64,000 nucleotides of DNA, taken from NCBI GenBank assembly GCA_036172245.1, contig JAYWIR010000005.1, positions 5,332,001 through 5,396,000 of the forward strand, in the 5' to 3' direction. This document shows, one piece after another, positions 50,399 to 63,699 of the stretch (position 1 is its first letter; every line of letters starts with the position of its first letter). The position numbers and the translations under genes are program-made. The stretch comes from Raillietiella orientalis (lineage: Eukaryota). The notes under the pieces were generated by a model. The model was not told the DNA's origin, did no database searches, and worked only from the letters and a program-made list of their open reading frames with translations.

Positions 50399-52064
50399 AT
50401 GATGAGCGAGCATTCCCAAAAGACAAGCACTGAGAAAACAAACGAACCACTGAACCTCCCTCCGCAAAGAAGCAAACACATAAACAAGAGCACGGCAAAA
50501 AAAAAAAACACGCCAGCTGTAGGAAACAGCTCCTTTCCTTCCCATGAGATTCGTTAGAGCGAGCAAGCCAGAAGATTATTAAACAGTGCCTCGGGGTTAA
50601 CTTCGCTTCCCCGTCGAGACCGGCTCCCGATGGGAACACAGAGAGCGTCCAATTGTGGTTTCGGTACTCCTTCCACTTCACGTCCACTACATCTCCACCT
50701 GGCTTTTCACCTTGCCAAGACCCATTCTGAAAAGAAACAGAAAGGAATGTCACCAGCAGGAATAACGGGGTGAAAGTGGACAAGCGAGCGAACGGACCCT
50801 GACTAAAAGTGGTCAGGATGGGGAGCTCTTCGGCAGTTTCCCAGCGCGGAGAACGAAAAGGAAGAGACGCGTGCTCCCTCTCGCATTCGTACCTCTCCAG
50901 AAGGGAACTTCCGCGGACCCCGCTTTCGAAAACTTTATCCCTGCTTCAGCCCCGAAGAGAAGGTCCGCCCCGCCCTGTGATCTGCAGAATGCCTAGCAAC
51001 ATCTGCTCCCCAGAAAGCTCCGAACGGAGACGGGTTCCCGAGCAGATGGATTCGTCTCCTCTGAAGCTCCCGTATTCTTCCGGAAACCGCTTATTAGGGA
51101 AAACCGCTCGCCGTTTCTAGACGGGGGATGGGGGTGGGGTGCGCCTGTTACCTCGGGATCCTCCACGAGAACGAGGAAGGCCTCCTTTCCTGGGAGGAAG
51201 CGAGCCGTTTCTGAACTGTCCGAGTCATCCCCCAATGCGCAGGACTGCGGAGTTCCAAAAGTTAAGGGGTAGAGGGAAAGTGAAGCGCTAGCCGGCGGTT
51301 CCAGGCGTCACGAAAGTCCGCGCAAGTGGTACGTGAGCTCCCGGGATGTCACCTCGGAATGTGAAATGCATCCGACAAACAGAAAGAAGAGAGATAAAAA
51401 TGGGGCAGGGATGGGAGAACTGGAGAGAAGCTGGGGTGCTGAGCGAAGAAAGCGCGCCGGAGCTTCACGCGAAGCGCAACTTCTCAAATGGAAAAGCAGA
51501 GCACTGCCATGGAAGCCCTGACCAACAAGGGCAGGCATGAGAGCTAACAAAAAAGGGGAGGAGAGAAAGGCTGTAACAGGAAGGAGAGGTGGAACGAAGA
51601 AGGTGGAGCAGGACGAAAAGGAGAAGACAAAGATGGATGAGGGAGGAAAAGGAGCCGGAAACGGGAAGAAAGGAGTCTCTGCTTGCTGATCAACATCCAG
51701 AGGAAACAACCCGAACGAGTCGCTCGGGGTGATTTCTGGGGGCACCACCGACCGGCCATTGGCAGGTGCAGCGCAAATTTCCCTTGCAGATCCGCGCCGG
51801 AGATAGAGATGCCACGCTGGATCACCCGGAGACTTCGGGAACAGTGAGGCAAGCCACAACGCAAGTCACACGAAACGCGGGAACAGAACCAGCGAAGATT
51901 TCGGGAGATCGGGACACGCGAACTGACACGCTCTGGAGCACGCACCTTCCGTCACGCGCGCACGCAGTGAACGCCGAGGTGGCAGCGAGTGGCTCAAGAC
52001 GATCCTTTTCGGGCGGGACGGAAGTCCACGAAAGCTACTTTGCTGCACGTACGCACGTGCACAG

Positions 52065-52531
52065 AGCTTCTGGAATTTCCTCTCCGGAAGGAACCCGCAA
52101 GGGAACCATTCCTGTTTACTCCTCTGAAGAAAATTCCGAAGGGACGCTTCCCAATTTTCTCTGAAGGGTCGCTCCTGAAGGGAAACTTCTCGGACACTCT
52201 GGAGGGGCAACCCCTCTAGGAGGACATGGAGCAGCTGCATGGTACGGCTTCCCTTTCATGACCGGAGGGGAACCCCAAGGGGAACTAATTCCTTGCTTTC
52301 TGGAAGGACCCGGAGGTCGACTCACGACCCCGGCCACTCATCGAGGCCATCCAGTTTTATCCGCTACCAGTGCCGCATCCGAACAGAGGTCAACCAGCGT
52401 CATCTTGCGGGAGAAACTCGAATCCACGACGCACCCATTTCTCTGGAGTAGATCTTTCCCCGGGTGGGATTCGAGCCCGCGATGCTTGGTACCACGAGCG
52501 GAGACCTCAGCCACATAGCCTCCGACGCGGG
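52065..52531 (-). mobile_element. tRNA-headed, hairpin-rich SINE-like repeat, copy 2 (3'-truncated)
   Basis: Head cgtcggaggctatgtggctgagg...gtggtacca...cgcgggctcgaatccc matches copy 1. Body ttcagaggag...ttcccttgcgggttccttccggagaggaaattcc matches 53387-53445. Confidence 0.8.
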
Positions 52532-52885
52532 CCAGGGCTTCTGGAGAGCTGCCGCCCGGCACTCTCTTCTTTCTGACTGCTCTACTTCGGAAAAGAGACG
52601 AGCGTGAAGATGAGATACCCGAACCAGTTCAGCAAATCTGCCCCAGGCAGCTGGAGCCGGATTCTGGTTCAGAAGAATGGGGAACAAAGAGATCGTGCAG
52701 GCATGCGCAAGCAGGAGACGCGCGCGTTCACTGCATGAACACGCCCTAGGCCTCGATCCCATCCCCAAACGAATGTAACCCGCCAGGGCAATGACTGGAT
52801 GAAACCTGTGTACATTGACTGAGGAATCTGACCCACCATGGAACGAAGAAAACGAAACTGATTTCCCCTCAAAAAAAAAAAAAAA

Positions 52886-53705
52886 GCCCCCGTCGGAGGC
52901 CTTGTGGTTAAGGCTTCCGCGTGTGGTACCATGCGTCGCGGGTTCGAATACTTCTGCAGAAACTCTGACGCCACTGCGTCGTTTGGGTTCCGAGTTTCTC
53001 CTGCAACGGCGCTGGTTGGCCGAGACATTCGGGCGTGGCCCCGGCGGTGGATAAAGCCGGCGGCCTCCCGATGAAGGCCGGAACAATGGGAGTCGACCTT
53101 CGGGTCCTCCCAGGAATAAAGGAGTGGGGAGTTCCCCCTCCTGTGTGCAAAGGAGAGTGGACCCCCGTCACCGGGGGAACCGCCTCCGGTTTCAAGATGG
53201 AGCAGGAGCCCTCACGGGCACCTCTCCAGTCGTTCAAAGGAAAGGACCCCCCCTGTTGGGGGGACCCTCCGAGTCGTTGCCTCTTCACAGAGTGTGTACA
53301 AAGGAAAGAAGCTAAGCGAGAGCGATTCCCTGCGGGAAGCTGCAGCGCCCCTTCTGAGTTTCGGAAGCACCCCTGTGGGGGTTGTCTTCAGAGGAGTGAA
53401 TAAAGGAGCAGTTCCCTTGCGGGTTCCCTCCGGAGAAGAAATTCCTAGAGGCGGATCCTTTCCGGGTTCCCTTCGGAGAAGTTGAAATGGAGAGGACCAC
53501 CACCCCGCAAGGGGGGGTGTCCCTCCGGAGAGAATGAGGAAGGAGAGATTCCCTTCGAGGTTCCCCTTCGGAGACAACCAGGGTGGGAGGTGCGATCCCC
53601 TCCGTCCGGGGGGGATCCCTCCCCAAGCGTGAGAGGAACGGACTCCGAGCCCTTCCTGGATTCATAGGGCGGATCCCCATCCTGGGTGCCCCCTATCCTG
53701 AAGAA
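52886..53705 (+). mobile_element. tRNA-headed, hairpin-rich SINE-like repeat, copy 1 (longest, about 820 nt)
   Basis: A-box-like aggccttgtggttaagg (52897-52913) and B-box ggttcgaata (52941-52950) at tRNA-like spacing, followed by an array of short C-run/G-run hairpins. Two other diverged copies occur in the window. Confidence 0.8.
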
Positions 53706-53770
53706 TTATACTGTTACACGCCCCCCTGCTGGTTGCTGCGGGCGGAGAGGCGTGGAAACAAAACAGTGTG

Positions 53771-53776
53771 TTTAAT
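53771..53776 (-). promoter_or_regulatory. Possible polyadenylation signal (ATTAAA) of TMEM245
   Basis: ATTAAA on the - strand about 265 nt past the stop, followed by a GT/T-rich stretch (tgttttgtttcc). Confidence 0.4.
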
Positions 53777-54038
53777 GTCAAAAAAAAAAAAATAGATTAG
53801 CTCTCTTGACGCACATCTCGAACCACGGTGGATGGCCAACCAACGAGTTTTCGAACTGCCAAGCCGACCGTTCTAAATCGCTCCCATGTCCAAAGCGTTT
53901 CGAATCCTTTAGCAACTTTAAGGAATTCCGAACTAAGCACACAGACCCGAAAGAGTAGATCCCAGCCTCCCCTGCCGTGCTCTTCTGACCACACTCACCA
54001 TCGATGCAGGGCAACATGGCAGGATACCTGCGAGTGCT

Positions 54039-57000
54039 TTACCTTTCCATTAGCCATGGGTTCTTCGCTTCACTAGGAGGAACATATATGAAGTTTTGAT
54101 AGACGTTGATACCGATCACTAGGCAACACAGCAGTACTGGTCCAAGGATGGCTCCCTCAATTCCAAGAAACAGAACTCCTCCGGCTATAGCCAAGGCTGT
54201 CAGGTAGGGATGACCATTCCTTGTTCGGAAAGGCACTGTCGAATAATTTGCGTGGGATCCCCTATTTACGTACCCTTTCACTTCAGAGTAAATTACGTTG
54301 TCCACCATGAAGACAGGAAGAATCAGAAAGATGAAAAATAACAAAGCAACCGATCCATTTCCTGTGAGAACGAGTTGCATGATGGCTGGCAAGCCAGCCC
54401 AATAAGGTCCAAGAATAGGGACTGCTGCCAAAGCTGCAGCCATGACTGGGAACGCTTTCAATGAAACTGCCTGGGAGAAAAGTGAGGATGCTTACAGGAA
54501 GGTATGTAGATAAAGGTGATATGAAAGAAGCTGTGAATGAGCCACGTCCATATACCGTAGAATAAACACATCTTAAAAGATGCCAAAAAAACGCTGTTGA
54601 CTGCTGCTTCTACAGCCAGACCAAACCTAAGTGGACATTATTGGGTGGGATTCGCCTTGCCACTAACTTCGTGTTGGTTCCTGGCATGACCTGAGCACAT
54701 ATCTCCACTGGCTTGTATAGGATCTTGCTGGATGTTAGCAGGTAGCACAAAGCAGTCGCGAAGATGATCTGATGAAGACCGAAATGAATGGCAAGGAGAT
54801 GGAGCCTCACCATGTTGATAATCAGGCTGAACAATGCCGAGCCTCCTCCTAGGAGCACTTGCATCAGTAAAGAGAACGTGCTGAAGGCAAGGCTGAGGTT
54901 GCTCAAGGCAGCGCTCCATACATGCTTCAGCACCGTTAGCAAGAAATCCAGATTATCGACCACAAAGTTGTAGAAAAACATTGGGTTCAAGAGAACTGGA
55001 GACAAGTTTATGTGCTTTAGATTCATCCTTACATCTACCAGCAGATGACTGATTGTGGTTGCTGAACACCAGCTCCCATGTGCTGCTTCGACGTCTGAGT
55101 TTCATGCTGCTGCTGTTAAAGCTATTGTAAGTGACCCACTGCTCGTAAAGACGATCCCAAATCTCCAAAAGCTGACGCTCCACTTCTAGCGCTTTATCTT
55201 TCTCTGCACCCGAAAAGCTGCGTACCTGATCCGAAGGATGTAACCGAAGGAAAGCATCTTTTACTGACCTGGTCAGATATCCAATGACGACCGTAGAAAT
55301 AGGTGTTGTTGAGGATCATGTCCATAGAATTTTGGAACCCGTCCGAGTGAAACGCATCGTGAGGTAACAAGGAGCTGTTGACGAGACTGCCACCAAGCTC
55401 CAGCAGCAAACGTGACTCCTTGTACACTTGCATGACCAAGAAGCAGCTGCAGAGAATGGTCAGCACAACTCCCGATATGAGAATAGCGGAGGTTGTCAAC
55501 GCATCAACGGAATTCTCCAAGTACTTCATGAAACGGCGGTCTAATTCAAACAGAGTCTGAGGCAAGGAGCGAATGGGCATTGGCAAAATATTTTGTTGCC
55601 AATCCTGACACCAATTTATGAGCCTGTTACGGAACTGACTTTCATGAGTCACCAGTGTCCAAAAAAAGAAACCTAATGTACATTAAAGAACATGAGCATC
55701 AGCAGGCGTACCTAGTGTCTTAAGCACAGAAAGGCCAATTGGAATAGTCAAGAAGTAAATCATCCAAGGATGAGAGAGAAACTCATGCAATAAGGAGGCC
55801 CAAACGACAGCGAGAATGCACACGTTGCTAGTAATCTGAGCTGCAATGGTGATTAACTTCGAATATCTAAAAACAGGAAACCTGCAAGCTAACCTTTCTT
55901 TTCGATCGTCTTGGTGTGAGAGCAGCTTCCCCTGTTATCAGAAGAACCAGATTTATCAGCTGAGTGCTGGTGATGTGGATCCTTATGTTTCGATGATACA
56001 GGTTTCGACTTACCTTAGACGACTTCGGATCCAAGGTGCCATCTAATGCCGCTTCATCGATTGATTCTTCCGGTCCTAAAAAGCAGAACACGCATCAGTT
56101 ATTTATACCGAGAAACAGTACGCATACTAATGTAAAGGTGTCATGGTGAGTAATTAAAAGTACAATGCTAATTGCTAAGCAACAGCTAGAAATTAAAGCA
56201 TCCTATTCTGGTCCATCAACTACGAATCCTACGGCACACGGGAAACAACTACACATATACGTAAACACTTTCTCGTGTAAACATTAACTCTTGGAAAACC
56301 TGTCTGTATAGCAATAGGTGACGTTCGGCCATAAAATAACACCACGTAATATCCGTAAATTTGTCACATATACGACACGCTGTGTATTAGTCCGTCAGAT
56401 AAGAGTAAGGAAATTCAGTAAACTAGTCTCTGTGAAGGCGACTTGATGGACTATGTGCCTTCAAGCTCGGAGACGCCGCAGATGCCAAGGAAATCTTTCC
56501 ATTACAGTCGTGCTCAAGTGCACCGCTACATTGACTCCGAAGTGCTCTTGGTGAAACGTGGTTTCCTGCTTAAGCAAAATTCGATCCCTCACAAGAGAGC
56601 TAAAGAGTCCCGGGGACTCGATAGCCGTCCTTCACTCCCTACGTAAAGCCGGAGGAAGTCTCAGAGCAGCTAGGAACATGAGCATCAGCAGGCAACGATC
56701 CTAACGTTAGCTAGGAATGGAATTCTCGCAACTGTTCCGTTTTCCTCATTTGCAACTCTTTCATCTTACAGTATGCTGCTAAACAGAGGTTTCCTATCGA
56801 TTTGGCAAGGACGCATTTTGCAAACCGTGCATATGCCTTTCGAGAGCATTTTGCATGTGGTCGCATTTTGCATGCAGAAACCCTGGAGAGCTTTTCTTTC
56901 TGGGAAGCTAACGCACATTTCGGAATCAGATGACACACTCCATTATGACTACGTTCGTTCATCCTCTCTTCCTCAGAGGAACCCGTCTCCCTAATCCCAA

Positions 57001-60000
57001 GGATCCATTGTTCCTACCCGAATTCTCCCGCGAACATCAATTCTGTCTGCCCCTCTTACGCAGAAAGGCTTCGCTGTAATGACGTTGAGACAAGTGCGTG
57101 TGACTCACACATTTAAACGGGATTCGCAAAAAGAGTATTTTCTCTCTCGAGTGCGGAACAATCTCGGCTACACAAGCAAATCGGCGCATGGATTGGGTGC
57201 ACTTCAGATCCGTTGACTTTGCTCGCTCCCTTGACATTCCAAAGCAAGTCGTCAAATATCTGCTAATCTTGCGCGAGTACACCTGCTTCTCAGCTTCAAA
57301 GACTGGGAATCGGCATGAAAGTTCCAGTATGCGCGAGAAAAAGTGCAAAGCGATCGGGCGCAGAGAAAAGGATGATGAGCACATGAAATCAGCATCTCGA
57401 TCAAAAAACGTTAGCAGCTTGGCAGGACTGCAAAGCGAATCGGGGTTCACGTCGGGTTCAAAGGATGAGGACGTTTACCAGACCTTCCTCACTGCCGGCG
57501 GGCAGTGTGACGAAAACTCTGAAGAACGGAATTGCTTACAAGGACGTATGCCGTTTCGATGTAAGGGAGGCAAACAAAAGAGGTTACCAGGGTGAATCAC
57601 CATCTTCTGGAAGGGAGGAGAGTGATTCAGCAACTTGCTCATCACTTTCAGGAAAGTTAAGAGAGAGAAGATTTGACTGAGTGGAAATCGAACGGGCCGA
57701 ACGGAAATCAATGCGAAGAATAACTGGCCGTTCTTAAAGAGTCAGAAACTGTCAAAGACAAGCAGATGGAAATTACACAAAGCTTGAATGAGATCAGAAT
57801 ACTTTGGAACTTTTCGGTCTCGGGGGAGCTCTTGATCGGATGTGATGTTTTTGACAAACAGCCAGTAGTTTCCCTTAGCTTGATTCCCAAGCCGCTATAC
57901 TTCTCAATGAGGATATTAGAATGATCAGCTGGTTAAAATGGGAACTTCCACAATAGATAACGCAGGTTCTTCTAGTATCGAACAAGTTTCTTGCTTGAAC
58001 AAGTCCGGGCGACCACAAACGACAGTGAACTGCAGTATTAGGAAATGAAACTTGCGATCGGATGAAATCCAGTCTTCCGCTGATTCAACTCAAATGGCCC
58101 GTCTCTCTGGTAACATATTAATCTCTAAAATAACTGTCAGGACGACATGGTTTCCAATAATCCTTCTTCCCAATGATTCAACAAATCGAAATTCCTTAGA
58201 GGGCATGGCATATGCATTTCAGATCAGTTTGCAGCTCCATGATGCCACATAATCTGAACACAGATTAGGAGGCTGTCTTGATTCATGAATGCGAGCAGTG
58301 GATACAGAAAGGAATGGTCAAGATTTCAGTGACAGATCAGAAACGCGCTCCAGAGTAACAAAAAATCAGAACGAATGTCCACTTCTTAAGCATTTCTAGG
58401 ATAAGAGGGTGTCATCCATGGACACTTTAATCGGTACTCCATCACTATAGTCCGCTAGCTCCAATAATATTCTTCTATTTTCGATGTCAACACAATTGAA
58501 CACTGACACCATTTTTGCCACTGCTATCAGTTAAACGAAACAGGTTTTGTGAACCGAAACTGTAGCATCAAGAAAAACCACGTGTAAAATGAGTGTTGAT
58601 GGTGTCAACACGCACTGGGTGGTCAAGTGGTGCCAGCTACGTTTGATTAGACCATGACGGTCTAAAATTCACCTTGGCATTCACGCAACGGGGCATGCAC
58701 GTGATTCAACAGATTCGAAAAAAGAGACTTCCTGAAAAATTGCTTCCTTGCGCAATCCCTTCATACCCACAGACGAATCCCCGGGCAATCTTTCAGAACG
58801 AGGTCTCGCGTGGGCACAAGGAATATGCATTGATGATAATCATTCAATAGCTGCCTCCTCAGTTGCGTACTTATATGATTTGAACAAACACAAGTAGTAA
58901 TACCAGTGATAAAAGTAATTATCCAATTTTAAAATTTCTCGGACATGCAATTTTGCCGAAGCAAATGCAAATCACCATTGTGCAATAAGAAACTGGTATA
59001 CTACTCCAGTTTTAAAAGGAAACTTTTCCTTCACACCGTTTGCTGACACACGTTTCACAGTTACAACGATGCATAAATATTACGGAAGGGTATAGACTCT
59101 TGAGGAATAGAATTGAATATGGGTATAGAATCTTGAGGAAGGAGCGACTTAATTTTAATGGAAACCTTGTTTCCCTTAAAATTTGTCCTACGAAAATCGA
59201 CTTTGCTGTAAATCTTTGAGATATGTTGGAGAGCATTTGTCATAAAGAGGTTATGCATCAGAATTGTGTAAAAATGTAACATGGTGCATCAGGAATGGGG
59301 CAATTATAACCCCCGATCACCTGTAACAACGAGATTTCCAATATACCAACCGTGCACATTAGAAAATTCACAAATATAGCACTATCAGTGTAATCTCTAT
59401 TATGAGAATATTTCATGTCAATCAGCCAACATTCACATTCACAATATATATTGAGTTTCACTGTACACTAAAGCTTACTTTTCCATGTACCACTTTGAGT
59501 TAGGTGAAATGCTCATAATGGTTCTCATTTGTTATCAACAATTGACCGAATTTTATAATCTCATTAAAGTATGTTGATTACTTCACAGTGTTCCTGGATT
59601 TTTGAACAATCATCTTTGTTCCTATTTAACTGGCAAATACATTATTTCGATTTTTATTGGACGGATCAGCCTTTCTGAATGTATTTAGCCATTTTAGAGG
59701 ATAACTTCTCATGAGGTGAAGGGTGATCCTCTGTCATCCTTTAATCTGAATGAATATAACTGAATTTTTAATATGAGCTTAGTTGACATTATTTTTCTCA
59801 TTTAATTTATCACTGGGAATATGTACTTAATACCTGGGTGAAAATTTAGGTGAAATTGTATTTATGAAAAAATGATTTTACCAGAATTTTAAACATTACA
59901 GGATTGTTATTTCCCATCATGATTGAAAGATTTTTTGCTATCTTTTGCTTATCAATTTTTCAAACCTTATTAGCAGAACCAACTTATGTTATCCCTATCA

Positions 60001-61211
60001 CAAAAAAAAAAAAAACTCCATGTGTGTGCATGGGGTGACTGAAATCTTGAAATAAAATTATGGAAGAAATCCTGGACTGTGCTTCAATCTGTGCTAATCT
60101 ATTTCACAAAACCTTTAGAATCCTTAATTCATTTATGAGTACTCATGTTCATTTTTTAAATAAAAATCCAAAGGTAATTCTTAATTCACTATGCATAAAA
60201 CAAATTAACAACTGCAAATGCAGCTTCATATGCTTGCTTTTAATGCTCACTAAAATGGGCATGCTGATGATCAAAATTGAATAATTTCATAATGATTCAA
60301 ATGTATTGGTGCGAAAACTGGTAATTACAAAATAAATTTTATGTTTATGTGCCAATAATAACCGTTTCCAAACTATTGATTATGCTATCACAAATGGTAC
60401 ATCTCTTAATAAAACATTAATCAAAGATACCTGATGTTACTTCATTACACGGAATCCAAGTATAGAAAATAAGGCCTCCGATAATGAACAATAAAATATT
60501 TTGAAGACATCCAGCAAACTGTGATAAATAGAATATAAGACATATCCAAAAACTCCATGATATTTTTGAAAGGATCTGTGCATTAATACTGCTTCTAAAT
60601 CCAGCAAATGCAATAATGTGTCCAAGTAAAAATGGGAATATCTACAAGAAAAGAATTACAATGTTCTCCTAAGAAGCACACAAACTTACCAAAACCCTTG
60701 GTATGCCATTAAAAAATGTGGTCACACAATCAAGAAGTGCAACAGAATAAACAATTATATTTTTCACCACCAAGAATAGCAAAACATTATTATAGATAAG
60801 GTACACAAAAAAAAATCCTGCAGTTGTTACAGTTATTTCTTTTATGTTACATGTGATTATGTTTACAATAGCTTCCGACGCATAATTAACACACTGAATT
60901 GGAGCAACAATTAAACCAATAAAAAAAGGAACATTAGTTGCTTTCATTTGGTTTAGCCAATTTCTGAAGGCATTAGCTACCCGTTGCTTCAATGGATGAA
61001 GAAAAGACCCACATAGCATTGCCCATAACAGTGGTTTTAGAAACGGTTGTAGCACAAAATAAACACCAATAAATCCACCGCAACCGATAAGAACCAATAC
61101 AAAAACTATTGCATTGTAACATGCATGCTTAAAAATTTTTTCATCACCATGTGAGACAAGGTTTAAAACTTTGTTTAGTGGAGATGCATAATGATCCTCT
61201 CTTGTGAACAT
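54039..61211 (-). CDS. TMEM245: Transmembrane protein 245 orthologue (multi-pass; C-terminal AI-2E-like region)
   Basis: Inferred exons 61211-60690, 60641-60431, 56075-56014, 55981-55894, 55840-55712, 55672-55269, 55225-55033, 54995-54811, 54768-54668, 54626-54496, 54445-54274, 54219-54039 (a few boundaries have alternatives). Motifs VYFVLQPFLKPLLWAMLCGSFLHPLK, VFLASFKMCLFYGIWTWL, AAVPILGPYWAGLPA, GHPYLTALAIAGG..GIEGAILGP. Confidence 0.92.
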
Positions 61212-63699
61212 TATAAAATTCTTCTGGAAACGAATGTTAGCACCACGACTTCCCGCGACGACTGAATTTTATAAAAGAACTTTCGAAGTACACAGCAAAA
61301 CTCACTAGAGTAATTCGGAAGAATTTCTCTTTGAATATAAAACACATATCTAAAGGTGGTACTACTGTACGGGGATATGTGTACTGAAAAACCCAGAATA
61401 GTAAAGGAACAGCGATATCACCTTTATAAACCTAATGCGACACATTCTGCAAGTCACCTCCAACAAAAAATCTACAGACGCACATTTGCCAAGTACTTTT
61501 CACCCATTCCGAACACTGAATACCTGAAGATAAATCATGGTGGTCTGTCTTATTTTCTTAGAAAACAAATCTTGACTTGTTTGCGCCGTTGTTTTCTTTG
61601 CAGTTTCCATTTTCTTTTCCTGAATCTGTTGGATCTAATACAGTATAATTGAGTATTTATCGGTAAATCATATTCCCGTGCACATGCCTTTCGAGAGCAA
61701 ATATGCCTCACATGGACGTTGCTGAAAATCGCCGCTTGGAAAATCCACTCTCGGAAAAACTCTTTAATTTCATTTTTTTTTTCGTGCCATATTTCCGGGT
61801 GCTTTTCACGACTTTTGCCCTTAATTCTTCAGCAGCAATTTCAGCTGATGTTCCTACTCCAGAGCTCCAGAGTCCAATACCAAATTCTACACGAAACTTT
61901 GTCTACAGTTCACATGACGATGAATTTATATTTGAGTGGCTTGGAAGTAAAGACTCTGTCCTTATAGCAAATGCACCTGGTATTTACTATTTATGGCACT
62001 GTTAAATATACTGAACTTGTCAACTTGGTGAGATATATAGGGAAGTGATGCCTGTGCTGCTTATCGACAAATCCCTGAATTCTGAGCGATTCAGTTTGAT
62101 CCCAATTCAGCTTCGGTGTAGAGTTTTCCACTACCTCCACGCCTGGTGTCACTCGTTTTGTTTGAATACACAGATATTTACTTTGTGTGTGTGTGTGTGT
62201 GTGTGAGTGTGAATCCATTTTAGTTTGCTTCCGTTCAACACTGGGAAATCATACATTTGTTTCGAGCAAGTCAGGAAATATCAGCTGCTACGTTACTGAG
62301 TATATTGCTGGAATAAACGTTGCATGATTTTACTTTGTCTTCCGTGGCTTTCTGAAAGCAACGAAATATCAGTTAGAACACAGAATTTATTAGATATCCT
62401 CGATTTTGATCATAACCTCGTGTTTGTGACTGGTGGGCTCTAGAGGGCAGAATAAGAGTCAATGTAAAAATGTCTTGCTTTAATGGAATGCTGATTGGAA
62501 ACTTTGTATGGTAAATTATCATTCATTAGAATTTTCTTAAGCGACTGAGTATTTTTTTTAATCATTTAAAGGACACAGATTTTCTTGATACGAAATAATC
62601 ACAAATTCTGATCAAAAGAAGAAGCATGGACTACAAAGTTTAGCATTTCGGTGTGTAGTCTTAAGTTGAAACAAGGGTCTTTGTACATACGTATATAAGA
62701 ATAGATGTATAGAAGAATAGACTGAATTCTGAAACTGCGAAGCACAACTCACTCACTACTCTAATGTGGGAGGAGTTGAGACCTAGCTGTTGCACTTGAA
62801 AGTGTATCTAGGCAATAGTTAAGACGAAATATTACTCTGAGGAAGATTATCCACTTTAATGGAAATTGCTGATCGTGACCTGATTGCCTAGTGATAAAGG
62901 AAAGTGTCCAAAACAAAGCTAATAGCTAAGTGAATGCCTTTGGATCAGAGTGAATGGACATTAAAAAATTGACTTGAGGAACTGAAATCATAAAAAACAC
63001 TGGTGTTTTTATATCTTATGCGCTTCAATCCAGCATAATGTGCTCGCATCGTTGGACTCCAGCTATGAGGAAATAAAAGGATAGAACAGAAATGAACTTG
63101 TTCATAATTATTTTGATAGCAACAAAACTTACAAATAGCTATTTCTAAACATAAGTAGTATTGATTTGAAAGTTGTCAGCATGCAATGCAAATGATAAGT
63201 GATTGAATGAAATGTCACAGTTAGTTCGGAAGAGAGAATGGAAAGGACAACGGGAGGCACAAGATGAAGGATTTGTTGAGAATTCACCTGAAATACTTAA
63301 TCAAGCATATGAAGAATTTGTAGTAGGTATGCGGTTTCCAGGATGCCCACTACAAGTCCTCCACATGTTTTCATATAATCTTGTGTTCATGTGAAAATTA
63401 CATCAAAAGTATGAATGCTGGAAACTTGGCATCTACTACTAATGCATCTATCACATAAATACAGGATGGTACTCACTTTTCTACCTTGCAATGTGGAATT
63501 TCTTTGTATCCGGGAAGAATCTACATAGAGACAAAAAGGTTCTTTAGAACTTTACACGGTCGGGTTAATAAAGTCGTATAAGTGAAGCGAAAGAAGAGGT
63601 GATTGGAGACGGGTATGAAGACTGACTCTTCAAGGTTAAGAGATTGATCGGGGAGTCCTGAGATGTGGAAATGAGTAAAATTAAACTAAGATAACATAG

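Noticed and set aside
52886..52960. Functional tRNA gene
   Set aside because: A/B boxes are present, but there is no convincing acceptor or anticodon stem and the sequence continues into a repeated body.
53058..53100. Hammerhead ribozyme-like core (ccgatga...ggaac...gtc)
   Set aside because: The core deviates from CUGAUGA/GAAA, stem I cannot form beyond about 2 bp, and the motif lies in an ordinary hairpin loop in all three copies.
52065..54038. Inverted repeat pair as dsRNA in the TMEM245 3' UTR
   Set aside because: A plausible ATTAAA signal at 53771-53776 would end the mRNA before the repeats.
56400..58800. Nested gene or TE in TMEM245 intron 2
   Set aside because: Looks like decayed coding sequence, but no diagnostic motif or termini could be identified.
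61356..62218. Gene adjacent to the TMEM245 start
   Set aside because: Short protein-like frames exist on both strands, but no consistent splicing or recognisable homology was found.
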